A DNA stretch of 64,000 nucleotides from Octopus vulgaris. Taxonomy: Eukaryota. Made by a program: the position numbers and the translations under genes. The notes below the pieces were generated by a model. The model was not told the origin of the DNA. It saw only the letters and a program-made list of their open reading frames with translations, and did no database searches. The DNA lies in the NCBI GenBank assembly GCA_951406725.2, contig OX597814.1, forward strand, positions 200,632,001-200,696,000. Direction: 5' to 3'. Positions 1 through 10,685 of the stretch are shown piece after piece (positions within the stretch are counted from its first letter, which is position 1; every line of letters begins with the position of its first letter).

Positions 1-64
1 AGAGTATTTAAGTCACTTGTAACTAACTAACATTTGATTTGTGTTCAAATCATTTTATTGTTTA

Positions 65-445
65 CGAGCAGTATCGCCCGGCGTTGCTCGGGTTTGTATG
101 GGAAATAACTATATAAGCATTTTTAGAGAGTTATAGCCAAAAAATGCATTAAAAATGGAAAAAAAATGGTAAATTTTTTTTTAAATCGTTGACTTATCGT
201 AGACATTTTTAGAGAGTTACTTTCCTTATATAATAGCGAAAAAAATGCATTAAAATGGAAAAAAATGGTAAATTTTTTTTAAATCATAGACTCATCGTAG
301 ACGCGCGCTAATACCCAGAAGGGCTCAATATGAATCACGACTATAAGATACCCAGTTTTGGTTAAACTGCACTGCAAAATGTGGGAGTAGTTAGGAATCT
401 AAATCATAGGAGACAGACACACAACTTGACTTTTATATATAAAGA
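65..445 (-). mobile_element. Non-autonomous Helitron
   Basis: Minus strand starts A^TCTTTATATATAAAAG. It ends with hairpin CCCGAGCAACGCCGGG followed by CTCG^T (CTAG variant). No TSD; internal ~100 bp duplication. Same termini type as 29111-29510 and 55729-56936. Confidence 0.8.
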
Positions 446-595
446 TTTGTTTTAGCCATAGAACTGCAGCTATACTGGGGAATTGCCTTGAGTTTCAGTT
501 GTACAAACTAACCCTTGCACTCATTCTTTTAAAGTGTTGTACTTATTTTATCAGTCCATTTTACTGAACCACTAAGATACAGGAATGTCAACAAA

Positions 596-723
596 TGCAG
601 ACATGGCCATGTGGTAAGAAGCTTGCTTCCCAACCACATGGTTCCAGGTTCAGTCCCATTGCTTGGCACCTTGGGCAAGTGTCTTCTACTATATCCTTGG
701 GCTGACCAAAGTTTTGTGAGTGG
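596..723 (+). mobile_element. tRNA-derived CORE-type SINE head (partial)
   Basis: TGGCCATGTGGTAAG and GGTTCAGTCCC A/B-box-like motifs plus ACCTTGGGCAAGTG; matches the full copy at 27684-28075. Confidence 0.75.
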
Positions 724-1564
724 CTGCTTCAGATGGAGAGAGAGGGAAAAGTGAGGAAGAGAAGATAGTGGTGACATTGAGTAGGCTGGTAATTGGAAAG
801 GCTGAGATCAAGAGATTGGTAGATGAAAATGGAGGTGTAACGAGAGCACAAGTAGAAGGAAGGACTGTTGGAAGGATATGTAGTGGGGAAGAGATCCACT
901 GGGGACATATGTATGCAGATAAGTACATGAGGAAGAATGGGAGAAATGCAACAGTTTGTGAGCATTGGTGGGGGGGAAAAGGGAAGGTTCAAAAGATGGT
1001 TATAATCTAATATTCATTCATGTGGCAATTTTTTGTCCCTTAGTTTTATTGTCTTCCTTGTTTGCATTAGACATAATCTGTATTTCTGCATTGCATCATT
1101 CATTTCATCTGTTTGGTGGTGGGTTGCCATGAATCAATTCTAGGCATATGAATACTCTTTCAAATTGAAAATGCCCCAAATTCACTTTTCAAACTGAACA
1201 CTGTGGTTAGTGCGAACAGAGCTTGGAGCATCGAACAATGTTAATAATGAGGAGAGGCTTTAACTAATAGCTTTGTAAAGTGGCTTTCCTGAAGGGAAAT
1301 GTAAAAGGTTAATGCATGAAACTATAAAATATAAAAAGTGAAAATGGAAAAGTTGTCTATTTTAGTATTTTATTTTAATCCAATAATATCCATTGACAAC
1401 AACTGCCAAAGTTTTGTGGATTTTGTAAGTTTCCCTACAATAATTTTTTGATGAACTTCAAGTCAATGAATATTAAATGTTTTGAGGGTTTCACAAATAT
1501 GTTATTAAATTTTGGGTCAAAACATGCAGTAGAAGTAGCTAAAGATGAAAGTTTACCTCTAAAT

Positions 1565-1616
1565 TCAATTTGACATTATGATTATTACACAAATTCCCAA
1601 GATGGCAGAACCTATT
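1565..1616 (-). CDS. Candidate terminal coding exon of host gene (hydrophobic GPI-signal/TM-like tail)
   Basis: Acceptor ttttgtattttctgtag. In phase 2 it reads (L)IGSAILGICVIIIMSN-stop, phase-compatible with exon 5429-5507. Confidence 0.55.
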
Positions 1617-2029
1617 CTACAGAAAATACAAAATTCTGTTATCAGATAACCAGTATTTTTACTTAAATGTTTACAATTGTTTTTCCAATTTATGTTAAAC
1701 TTGTTTCTGTCAATAGATTTTGACCTTTAATCTAATACCAAGTTATTTTACAATAACAGCTCAACCCAGTTCACTATCTCTGTAATTAATTGTATCTATT
1801 TACAGAGCTGAAAACAAACTTCTGCTTAAGTATTTGATGTGCTTCTGCATTTGACACTATTGGTTTTCAGCATTTTTTCCCCAAAATGTACTCTCATTTT
1901 ACATTTAAAGCATAGTTTATCAACAGCATCACATTCTTTACAGCCATATAAGGTTCTTGATTTATACTCAAAGTATAAAGAACAATTAGCAAACTGGACA
2001 TTAATTAATTCTATGTTGTTAAATGAGAA

Positions 2030-2620
2030 ATCATTATCATTCTTTAACAACTACTTTCCATGCTGGCATGGGTTGGATGATTTGACTGAGGACTGGTGAG
2101 CCAGAAGGCTGCACCAGGCTCCAATCTGATCTGGTAAAGTTTCTACAGCTGGATGCCCTTCCAAACGCCAACCACTCCAAGAGTGTCATGGATGCTTTTA
2201 TGTGCCACTAGCATGAGGGCCAGTCAGGTGGTACTGGCAACGACCATGCTCAAAAAGTGTTTTTTACATGCCACCTGCATAGGAGCCAGTCCAGTGGCAC
2301 TGGCAACAACTACGCTCAAATGTTTTCACATGCTACCAGCACATGTGCCAGTAAGGCGACACTGGCAATGATCATGCTCGAATGGTGCTTTTTACGTGCC
2401 ACCGGCATGAGAGCTAGTCAGCAGCCTTCGCAATGATCACACTCAGATGGTGCTTTTAACGTTCCACTGGCACGAGTGCCAATCAGGCGGTACTGTCATT
2501 GGCCACATCAGCGATTTTTATTTCACTTGCCTCAACGGGTCTTTGCAAGTAAAGTTTGGTGTCCAATGAATGAAGGGTACTAATAAGTGGGCTGGTTATA
2601 CACCACTGGTATAGGCCAAT
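2030..2620 (-). mobile_element. RTE-type LINE 3' UTR/tail fragment with ~65 bp internal tandem repeats
   Basis: Carries the shared tail TTCCATGCTGGCATGGGTTGG...CTGGATGCCCTTCC and about five diverged repeats of a GGTGCTTTTTACGTGCCAC-containing unit. Confidence 0.75.
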
Positions 2621-3259
2621 GATGAACTTTTGTTAAAGAAAGCAGGGTAGAGCAGGATGAGTCTCTCGAGACAAAGCAGATAATCACTCAGGAAACTAAA
2701 ATCTGGAAGTGCTACACAAATTTTGAGCAACTTGAACAAAAATTTCTTAAGAGAGTTAAAAATATGAAATATCAGTAATAAAGATAGCAGTAGTGGTTAC
2801 TCCCAGAATAAAAGAGAATAGAGAAATGACAGGGGGACATGGAAGATAAGTGGTTCACGCTGCTTTATGACTTGTTGAATCAGTTGGTATGGAACATCTC
2901 CAATTTTGCCAAATAAATTTACTCAGTCATATACATAAAACAATTGATTTCTTGCACTCAAATCAATTTTTCAACAGCATTTTTCTGCTGATGTGAAGAA
3001 AATGAGTGCTGGAAGAATAAATAGAAAAAGATTGTTTAAAAGGGAACACAGAGTAAGAACAAAAAAGATATGGGCCATATTATTGGGGTGAATGATTAGT
3101 GAGCACATTAGAGGGCTGGAGAATGGGGCATACATTGTAAGGCAGACCTAGGGTACTAAATAAACTAGCAGCAAACTTGAGGAGGGAACAACCACTGGAA
3201 TTATAACTAATTACAATTAAAAATAGAATATAGTCAAAAGCAGCTGTTCTTTAACAAAA

Positions 3260-3309
3260 ATGATGACTTTGCATATGTTTCAGTCTAATCAGACCTCATC
3301 AATAAAATA
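3260..3309 (-). other. Decayed hammerhead-ribozyme-like motif (copy 1)
   Basis: Minus strand reads TTGATGA-GGTC-TGATTA-GACT-GAAA-CATA-TG; 38/50 ungapped identity to 59031-59080. Confidence 0.5.
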
Positions 3310-3389
3310 AGTCTTACTGACACTGTAGGTGTATGGAACATTTGTAAATGTATACTGAATAGCAATATATATATATATATATCTGTATA

Positions 3390-3602
3390 CATTTGTGTGT
3401 CTGTGTTTGTCCCCTGCTCTCACCATCGTTTGACAACCAATGTTGGTGTGTTTACATCTCTGTAACTTAGCAGTTCAGTATTAAGAGACTGCTAGAATAA
3501 GTACTAGGCTAGCAAAGAATAAGTCCTGGGGTCAATTTGTTTGACCAAAGGCAGTGCTCCAGCATGGCCCCATCAAATGACTGAAACAAGTAAAAGAATA
3601 AA
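3390..3602 (+). mobile_element. CORE-type SINE 3' half
   Basis: AGAATAAGTACTAGGCT...GGCAGTGCTCCAGCATGGCC...GACTGAAACAAGTAAAAGAATAAA matches the 3' half of 27684-28075. Confidence 0.75.
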
Positions 3603-3669
3603 TGAATAATAAAAAACAAAATGTACTAAAATATAAATTTGGGAACATGTTCTCAATAAACTTCTTTAT

Positions 3670-4795
3670 AAAATTTTTATATGAATCCGTCTTCAGTTTT
3701 AATGATTGCATCAATGCAGAACGGGAGTCATGGATATGCCTGCACTTAACAGCCCTTGTTCATTTCAAGCATCACTTGAACAAGGGCAGCTTTGAAGGGA
3801 TCTATAGTATCGTGAGAATGTCAATTGACTTCCCTTTTGACAATGCCTCAAATGTAGTACACCATCAGATTCAAATCTAGCAAGTTTCGTGTTACATGAT
3901 CATAAAAATTATCCATGCTGGTATGACGTCCATTATTGAGTTATGTGGGCTTTGTGAGAAGGTGCTGAGTCTGTTTGAGACACATTTGGCCTTCTACTGC
4001 AAACTTCATCCATCCAGGGCTTAACAAACAGTTGCCGGCACTGCAATGTATCCAGCAGCATTAATTCTAAGATCCTGCAGAAAGATCTGGGGTGGCATGA
4101 TATGACCATTATTCACCACTCCTAAAACCATCATAGTTGCTGGAAACGTATGCATCTCTCAAGGGGACACTAGGATCTGTATATAACCATATCATTTCTC
4201 CAATTAGACTTCTGGTTTTGGTCGAAGACTTTTGCTCATCAGTGAAGAACCAAAACATGCCATCCATGCTCGTGAGGTTTTTTTTAATTTTCTTATGTAA
4301 CCATTTGTCACACATGAAACAGTTTGCCTGTGTTTTGCAGACAGATATGGACTGGCCCCTTCTCAATACATGCAACTTGTATCAAATGTCATTGTGCACC
4401 ACAGTTCTGATAGACCATTCCAACACTTGAAGTTCTTCGGCAATGATCTATTGATTTTTTTCAGGACCATCATTGATAATGTTTTGAACCTGTTGGATGA
4501 ATTGTCATGTCATTATAATGACCCAAACAATGTTTTATTTTCTCTTTGATACAGTTGACTCATTCCCACCAGAGACTTCCAATTCTATTCAGACTTGGTG
4601 TACAAAAGATATTGTAACATTCAGAAAGTTGGCAATTTTTAAATCACTGTGTTCTGTACATATACCAACAATGACTTTTAGTCTTTTCATTTCTTGTATT
4701 AGCATTTTATCTACCATGGGAAATCTTACAAAAAAAAAAAATTCAGTTGGAGCGAGTAATGTACTGATGATTGTCCTCAATTATCATCCACCCTG
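3670..4795 (-). mobile_element. Decayed DD37D (maT-like) Tc1/mariner transposon
   Basis: Frameshifted transposase motifs WFFTDE, GHIMPP, LRINAAGYI, DSAPSHKA and DLNLMVYYI*GIV; terminal CACCCTG|TA at 4795. Confidence 0.8.
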
Positions 4796-5428
4796 TATAC
4801 TGGATGTAAATGTGTGATTGTGTGTGCATCAAGTAAATATTGTACACAGCTCCCTCACCCTTAATCACGAGCAACATTCACCTAGTGTTTTCAAACTCAC
4901 TTCACTTGTTAAATCTTAGTATGACCGGAAGTCTTTCTTAGTGAGAACATATCCTAAACATGGCAAAAACTGCATGTCAGTGAGCATCCCCTCTCTTTAG
5001 GACAACAAAATACTAGAGACTCCAACATTTAGTGATACCCTACAAAACTCTAGTGAAATCCACCATGAAGTATTGCTTTCACACCTGGAACTGTGCTGCT
5101 GCTGCATACATTAACATCCTATACAACATCCAGAAATGGGCAGGCATCCAACTGCCATAAACTTACTCACAGATATGCACCAGCTCCTTGCCCACTAGCG
5201 CACTGTCTACTTTTTTTCTCTGCTTTTCTACAGCCACTTTAATGGCTTCTGCTACTCAAAGGTGGCTTGGCTTAGATAATCCCCATCTTATTCTCTCTTC
5301 ATTTTCCTATTTTTGTATCCAACCACACCAGATTTCACACTAATTACAGTCCACAGTTCCTTCCTCTCAGAACATTGGTCCCCAGGAATGCTTTCCCAGC
5401 CAAGTCTTTTCTGCAAATGTTAACTTAC

Positions 5429-5507
5429 AAAGCTTCAAGAAAATCATTAATGGCATTAGTCCGACCAGAGCTGGAGGTCATGTCAAGGCAATGGGAACTG
5501 CTCTTTC
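5429..5507 (-). CDS. Candidate internal coding exon of host gene
   Basis: Acceptor tatttttactgtag and donor TT|gtaagt. Only one frame is open (phase 1 to 2): KSSSHCLDMTSSSGRTNAINDFLEA. Confidence 0.6.
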
Positions 5508-5569
5508 CTACAGTAAAAATATAAGTATAAGGTTGTAACAACCCTTTAGTCTTGCCAAGGATATAACAT

Positions 5570-5790
5570 CTCTCTAGTGCAGCTGCCATGAAGTAAAGCA
5601 CCCAGTACACATTGTAAAATAGTTGGTGCCAGAAAGGGACTTCAGTCATAGAAACCAGCCAAAATGAAATGTGAGATGCAGTTCTTCAACACTTCTAAGT
5701 GAGCAGTACCACAGAATATGCAGTCACATTGACTGTAGCATTCCACTCGACCCATACCAGCATAGAAAAGGGATGTAAAATAGTGATCAA
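5570..5790 (+). mobile_element. RTE-type tail repeat (degenerate)
   Basis: TAAAGCACCCAGTACAC...GACCCATACCAGCATAGAAAAGGGATGTAAA resembles the shared RTE tail. Confidence 0.6.
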
Positions 5791-5925
5791 TATCATGTGT
5801 ATGTATATAGGTCTATTTCTCTAATTTTTTGTGTATATATATTTCATTTGGAATATAAAGAGTCTTACTGTTGCATCTAATTACAAACAGAATGCAGATA
5901 ATACAACCATTCACATACAGCTAAC

Positions 5926-5995
5926 CTTTCCCCATGGACATTATCCAATTTATGACAAATACACAACTTCTATGATTTGTAACATTGACAACAGC
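5926..5995 (-). CDS. Possible internal exon of host gene (weak)
   Basis: Weak acceptor catttgaag, donor AAG|gttagc. Phase 0 to 1, AVVNVTNHRSCVFVINWIMSMGK, with an NVT sequon; phase-compatible with neighbours. Confidence 0.25.
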
Positions 5996-6682
5996 CTTCA
6001 AATGGGGATACTTAACAGAACTAAGAGCCATTCACTACAAGTATTATAAAAACCTGTCCACACAAAATTTTTTAAATTCTTTGTACAAAATAAAAACTTG
6101 CAAATATCAAAATGATACAATTTCTGATGATCTTTCAAAGCAATGTAACCAATATTGCAAGCCAAATATTGACTGTTTACATTAACAGACAATACTTCAG
6201 CTCAAATCAGTTCCTCGACAAGGTGTAAGTGTGTCTCACACTGCTATTTGGAAGAAAGAAGCTGTTGCATACATTAAAACATTCTACATTGTGTATAAAA
6301 GACCAGTTCACTGATTTATATATTTCTATTCCCAGGACATTATAACAAGTGATATTTTATGTTTATCCACTCTCTTCTACCACTATTATCATAGTTCTTA
6401 CTATTATCTGGTAAAACATGTATCATCACTCTTATTTGATGGACCTACTTACCACCATCATCGTCATCAACAGTTTTAAGTATCCACTTTTCCATGCTTG
6501 CTTGAGTTAGATGGCTTGTATTGTGATTTTTTGTAGCCAGATGCCTTTCCTGTCACTAAACCTCACTTGTTTCCCTAGTAAAGTAATATATCTCCACAGA
6601 AGTATATATTTCACACAAGACTGGAAATAAGGAACACCACTTATATAACAGTGACAATACACATTATTACCACTGAATGTCC

Positions 6683-7090
6683 ATTATCCATGTTGGTATG
6701 ACATCCATTATTGAGTTATGAGGGCTTTGTGAGAAGGTGCTGAGTCTGAGACACATATGGCCTTCTACTGCATACTTCATCCATCAAGGGCTTAACAAAC
6801 AGTTGCCAGAACTGCAATGTATCCAGCAGCATTAATTCTAAGATCCTGCAGAAAGATCTGGGGTGGCATCATATGACCATTACTCCTAAAACCATTGCAG
6901 TTGCTGGAAACGTATGCATCACTCAAGGGGACACTAGGATCTGCACATAACCATATCATTTCTCCAATTAGACTTCTGGTTTTGGTCGAAGACTTTTGCT
7001 CATCAGGGAAGAACCAATACATGCCATCCATGCCCATGAAGTTTTTCAATTTTGTTATGCAATCATTTGTCACACATCAAACAGTTTTCC
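6683..7090 (-). mobile_element. Second partial copy of the DD37D transposase
   Basis: Highly similar to 3908-4330, including the same frameshifted FF(P/T)DEQKSSTKTRSLIGEMIWL reading. Confidence 0.8.
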
Positions 7091-7094
7091 TGTC

Positions 7095-8700
7095 ACAGTG
7101 TGACAGGATCCAGCAAGCTGGAGGACTGCAATGGACAACAATGTCTACTTTGGCATGGTTTCTACAGCTGGATGATCACCCTTACAATTGCCAACCACTT
7201 TAGAGTGCATTGGGTGATTTTTTTAATTATGACACAGGCACCAGTGAGGTCATCAAGTAAAAGAAAAGGTGGGGAAAAAGAAAGCTCCTTTGATTGAATG
7301 GGGTTGTAATAGAGGGGGAGATGGCTTTATGACAGGTGTTGGGAGAGTAAAGTATGAGAGAGACAGGCACAGGTATTTTGCTACAGAAGACATGGCAAAC
7401 CCATATACAAGTAGGTGCAAGTAACTGGTAAGATGACAAAGATGATGGTGATGTGATGTTAGAACAAACGCTCAAGGTACAAGAAAGTGAGTACAAAAGA
7501 GAATATGAATTGTAGATTGGGAGCAGTGAATGAATAAGTTCATGAAAATGTAAGAGGATAGTAACAGATAGTTAGAGATGGGGCAGGGAGGCAACTGTAG
7601 TGAATGATGTAAAAGGGTGGAGGTGTGGTCAGTGGTAAATGATATGGGGAGGAGTTTAAAAGAAATAGCACAGGAAGTAATAAGTGGCAGTACAGAAAGG
7701 GTGAAGAGAGTCAGTGTAATTAGTCAGCTGATGGATCAGAATGTAGGGAAAAGAGAAAGATGTAAAGGGATAGAGATGGAGATCAGAGGTATGTAGTGGA
7801 GGCTGTAGTGAGTAGGAGATAAAGGTGGATGGAGTGTCAATGGGTAGACTGAGACAGTGTTGAGAAGAGTTATTAAAAGGGAAGGATGAAGGTTAAAGAT
7901 AAGGTATGGCATTCCTAAGATGTAGCTCTGAGGTGGAGAGAGAGAATTGGGGGCATAGAAAGAGGTGATCGATGGAAAATAAAGTGAGAAAGAATGATAC
8001 TGAGAATAAGAATTGATGTTAAAAGAAGTGGTTCCAGGGAGAGTGGGGGAGGTAACTAGCAGCACAAAGGGGATGAAATATGTGCATATTCTGCTGTCAT
8101 GGTTACAGCAGCTGAATAGTGTCATTGTTAGGATGGTGATGGAGGGATAAGTGCTAGGAATAGAAGGAGTGGGTAAAGCATAATAGGGATGGATTTGATG
8201 CAGAGACAGAGCCCAGTGAGTATATAGACATAAGCATAATGCTTTTAGGACCTCACTTTTGCCATGACAAATGAGTCTTTCTGAGCACAGCAAAATGCCA
8301 ATCATCTCAGACCTTCCATATCACCACTGTATGGTTTTTACATCTTAAGATCAGCATTTGCTACATAGGCATATGTCTCACTGGATCTTCCTCTTCCCAC
8401 TTTATACAATCCATGCTTGTTATAAAGCCATTGTCATCCATACGCATCACATGGCCATACTAGCACAGTCTTCTCTCTTCAACACTACATCTGATACCTA
8501 TTATGCCTAATTTTTCTCTCACAACATTTTCATTTTGCTGTACATACACACTGATGCTGCACATCCAGCAAAGCATACTAGCTTCATTACCTTTTAGTCT
8601 TTACATATCCTTTGCATTTAGGGACGACACCTCACTGTTGCAGTGCTATTCATATACAAGTATCATACAATCCGCCTTTCATGCAAGACAGATAGATATG
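7095..8700 (-). mobile_element. RTE-derived composite: tail, purine-skewed segment and RT C-terminal remnant
   Basis: Tail motif at 7150-7200, G/A-rich plus strand at 7260-8230, and 8240-8700 similar to 33900-34500 of the RTE LINE. Confidence 0.55.
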
Positions 8701-9074
8701 CAATGGGCTTCTTTCAGTGCCTACCAAACCTACTCACAAGGATTTGGGTGGCTTGGAACTATATAGTGGAAGGCACTAGCTAAAGGATCAACGCAATCAG
8801 ACTGAATCTGAAACCATGTGATTTAGAAATTAACTTATTAACCATGCAACCATGTCTACACTTCTCTTTCCTGTATCCCAGCCAAACAAACCTCATATTA
8901 AACACTTGTCAAACTGTTCCACTTCAGAAGTAAAGCTATCTGGAACTTCTCCCAGTCTTGATTTTCTCGGTGGCCATATGTATTTGCATGTACATGTATT
9001 TCTCAGACATCCTTTGTGTATACACATTTCATTCAATACATGTACAGTCTTGCTGTCACTAATTATATATATAC

Positions 9075-9214
9075 ATCTATGCTGAGAATATCATTAACAA
9101 TATTGACATCAACAATTTTGGAAGACTTGCAAGACTTCTGGACACTGCTCTTTTTTCCTTCGACGAAATAATAATCTAAAAAATACCCACCAACCGAGTA
9201 AAGAAATATTGAAT
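9075..9214 (-). CDS. Possible internal exon of host gene
   Basis: Lies inside the 100-codon non-repeat ORF 9063-9365. Acceptor atacactttcag, weak donor GAT|gtatat. Phase 1 to 0: SIFLYSVGGYFLDYYFVEGKKSSVQKSCKSSKIVDVNIVNDILSID. Boundaries uncertain. Confidence 0.35.
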
Positions 9215-9647
9215 CTGAAAGTGTATTGATGTAGAGACTTGAGTCAACAAAATCATTTTCAACTTTAAGCTGGCTCAGTCTTTTATAAGAGTAAAGAACA
9301 ATGATATTAAGTATAGAAATGGTATGTAACATTGCAGTTGTGTTAAACGCCAGACAGAAATTCAATTATGTCATTTCTAATCTTCACACTTTCACTCTAG
9401 GACATCAAAATGTTTAGCAACTTGGATGCAGTAATTCTGAGATTTAATTTCACGTCATTTACAAATGATTTGAATCTTGGAATTTTTAGCTTTGGCTGGT
9501 TGGGTTTTTTTCTTTTTCTTTTTTTTTTCTTATTCAACAGAAACTTCAGTGTTAATGATCATCATTTCACAGGAGTTGCACACACATTACCAACTTTGAA
9601 GTCCAAGATATTCAGACATTTTATCTAGAAGTATCTATCCTCACTAT

Positions 9648-10210
9648 CACCATCATTTTAACATCCACTTTTCTATGCTTGAATGAGTCAGAATTAAGAT
9701 TTTTCTACAGCTGGATGCCCTTTGTTCCAACAAACCTTACCCATTTCTTAAAGTAACATTTCCCTATGGTTGGATGTTCCATGAAAGATTGGAAACAATT
9801 ACTGCTTGTATGATGGCACCATGTAAATAGCACCCAGTGCTGCCACTATGTAAATAGCACCCAGTGCACTCAGTAAAGTAGCTGGTTTTAAGAAAGGTAT
9901 CCAGCTATAGAAACTATGCCAAAATAGACCACTGGAGCCTGATGCAGTCCTTCAGCTTTCCCGCTCCTGACAAACTGTCAGACCCATACCAGCATGATGA
10001 TGATGTACAATGTCAAGACAAAGAAACACAAGCACACACAGAATGATGATACATACAGCAGGTTTCTTTCAGTTTCTACCAAACCATTTTCACTTACAAG
10101 GCAATGATCAACCGGTGGGGTAGACAATACAATTGCCTCAAGTGTCACACAGTGGTACTGAACACTAAACCATGTGATTGAGAAGTAAATTTCTTAACCA
10201 CTCAACCATA
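9648..10210 (-). mobile_element. SINE with CORE-type head and RTE-type tail, interrupted by a plus-strand RTE tail copy (~9820-10005)
   Basis: Head remnant at 10055-10210, tail at 9648-9780, nested opposite-strand tail ending GATGATGATG. Confidence 0.6.
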
Positions 10211-10449
10211 TCTACACCAATGTAAATAGTTAATACTTGTAACTAAGGAGCACACAGCCAGTGATTTTTCAATCTCTTCTTCTCACTTATAATATAGCTT
10301 CAAATAAGTTTTATGTTATTTCAAACCATGAAGTCTTACACTGATGAGAGAAGAGATATAAATTTCTATAGGTCAGCCTCATCCTGAAATCATTGATAAT
10401 GTGAGGCGTCTCTAATTGGAATCCTAAGCAAATCAAACTATAGTCATAC

Positions 10450-10685
10450 AATAATTAATAAGCACATGCTTAGTTGTGTCATTAAAAACCTTGCTTTGAA
10501 GGGATATGCGGTTCTGGGTTTGGTTCACCATCTGGCACATTGGTAGTGTCCTCTGAGTAGAATTTGATAGGCAGAGACTACTCATCATGTGTGTGTGTTC
10601 ATCTTTTGCATTCATACTTCTATCAGCCTCTGTGACATTGTAACTTAGAAATTTGACAAATAGGATTAATAAAATCAGAACCAAT
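10450..10685 (-). CDS. Candidate coding exon: signal-peptide core and N-glycosylated ectodomain start
   Basis: Acceptor catacttatttcag; phase 2; LVLILLILFVKFLSYNVTEA... with sequons NVT, NST, NQT and NDT. Donor is either GAA|gtatga (exon end 10618) or ATT|gtatga (10450). Confidence 0.55.

Noticed and set aside
5429-5480. SSSGRTNAINDF resembles the PKA inhibitor motif GRTGRRNAIHD
   Set aside because: It lacks the essential RRNA pseudosubstrate, and the context points to an extracellular GPI-signal region.
7736-8305. 189 aa ORF, and similar ORFs at 13523-13861 and 35270-35605
   Set aside because: Pyrimidine-skewed repeat DNA is depleted of stop codons; I see no recognisable protein features.
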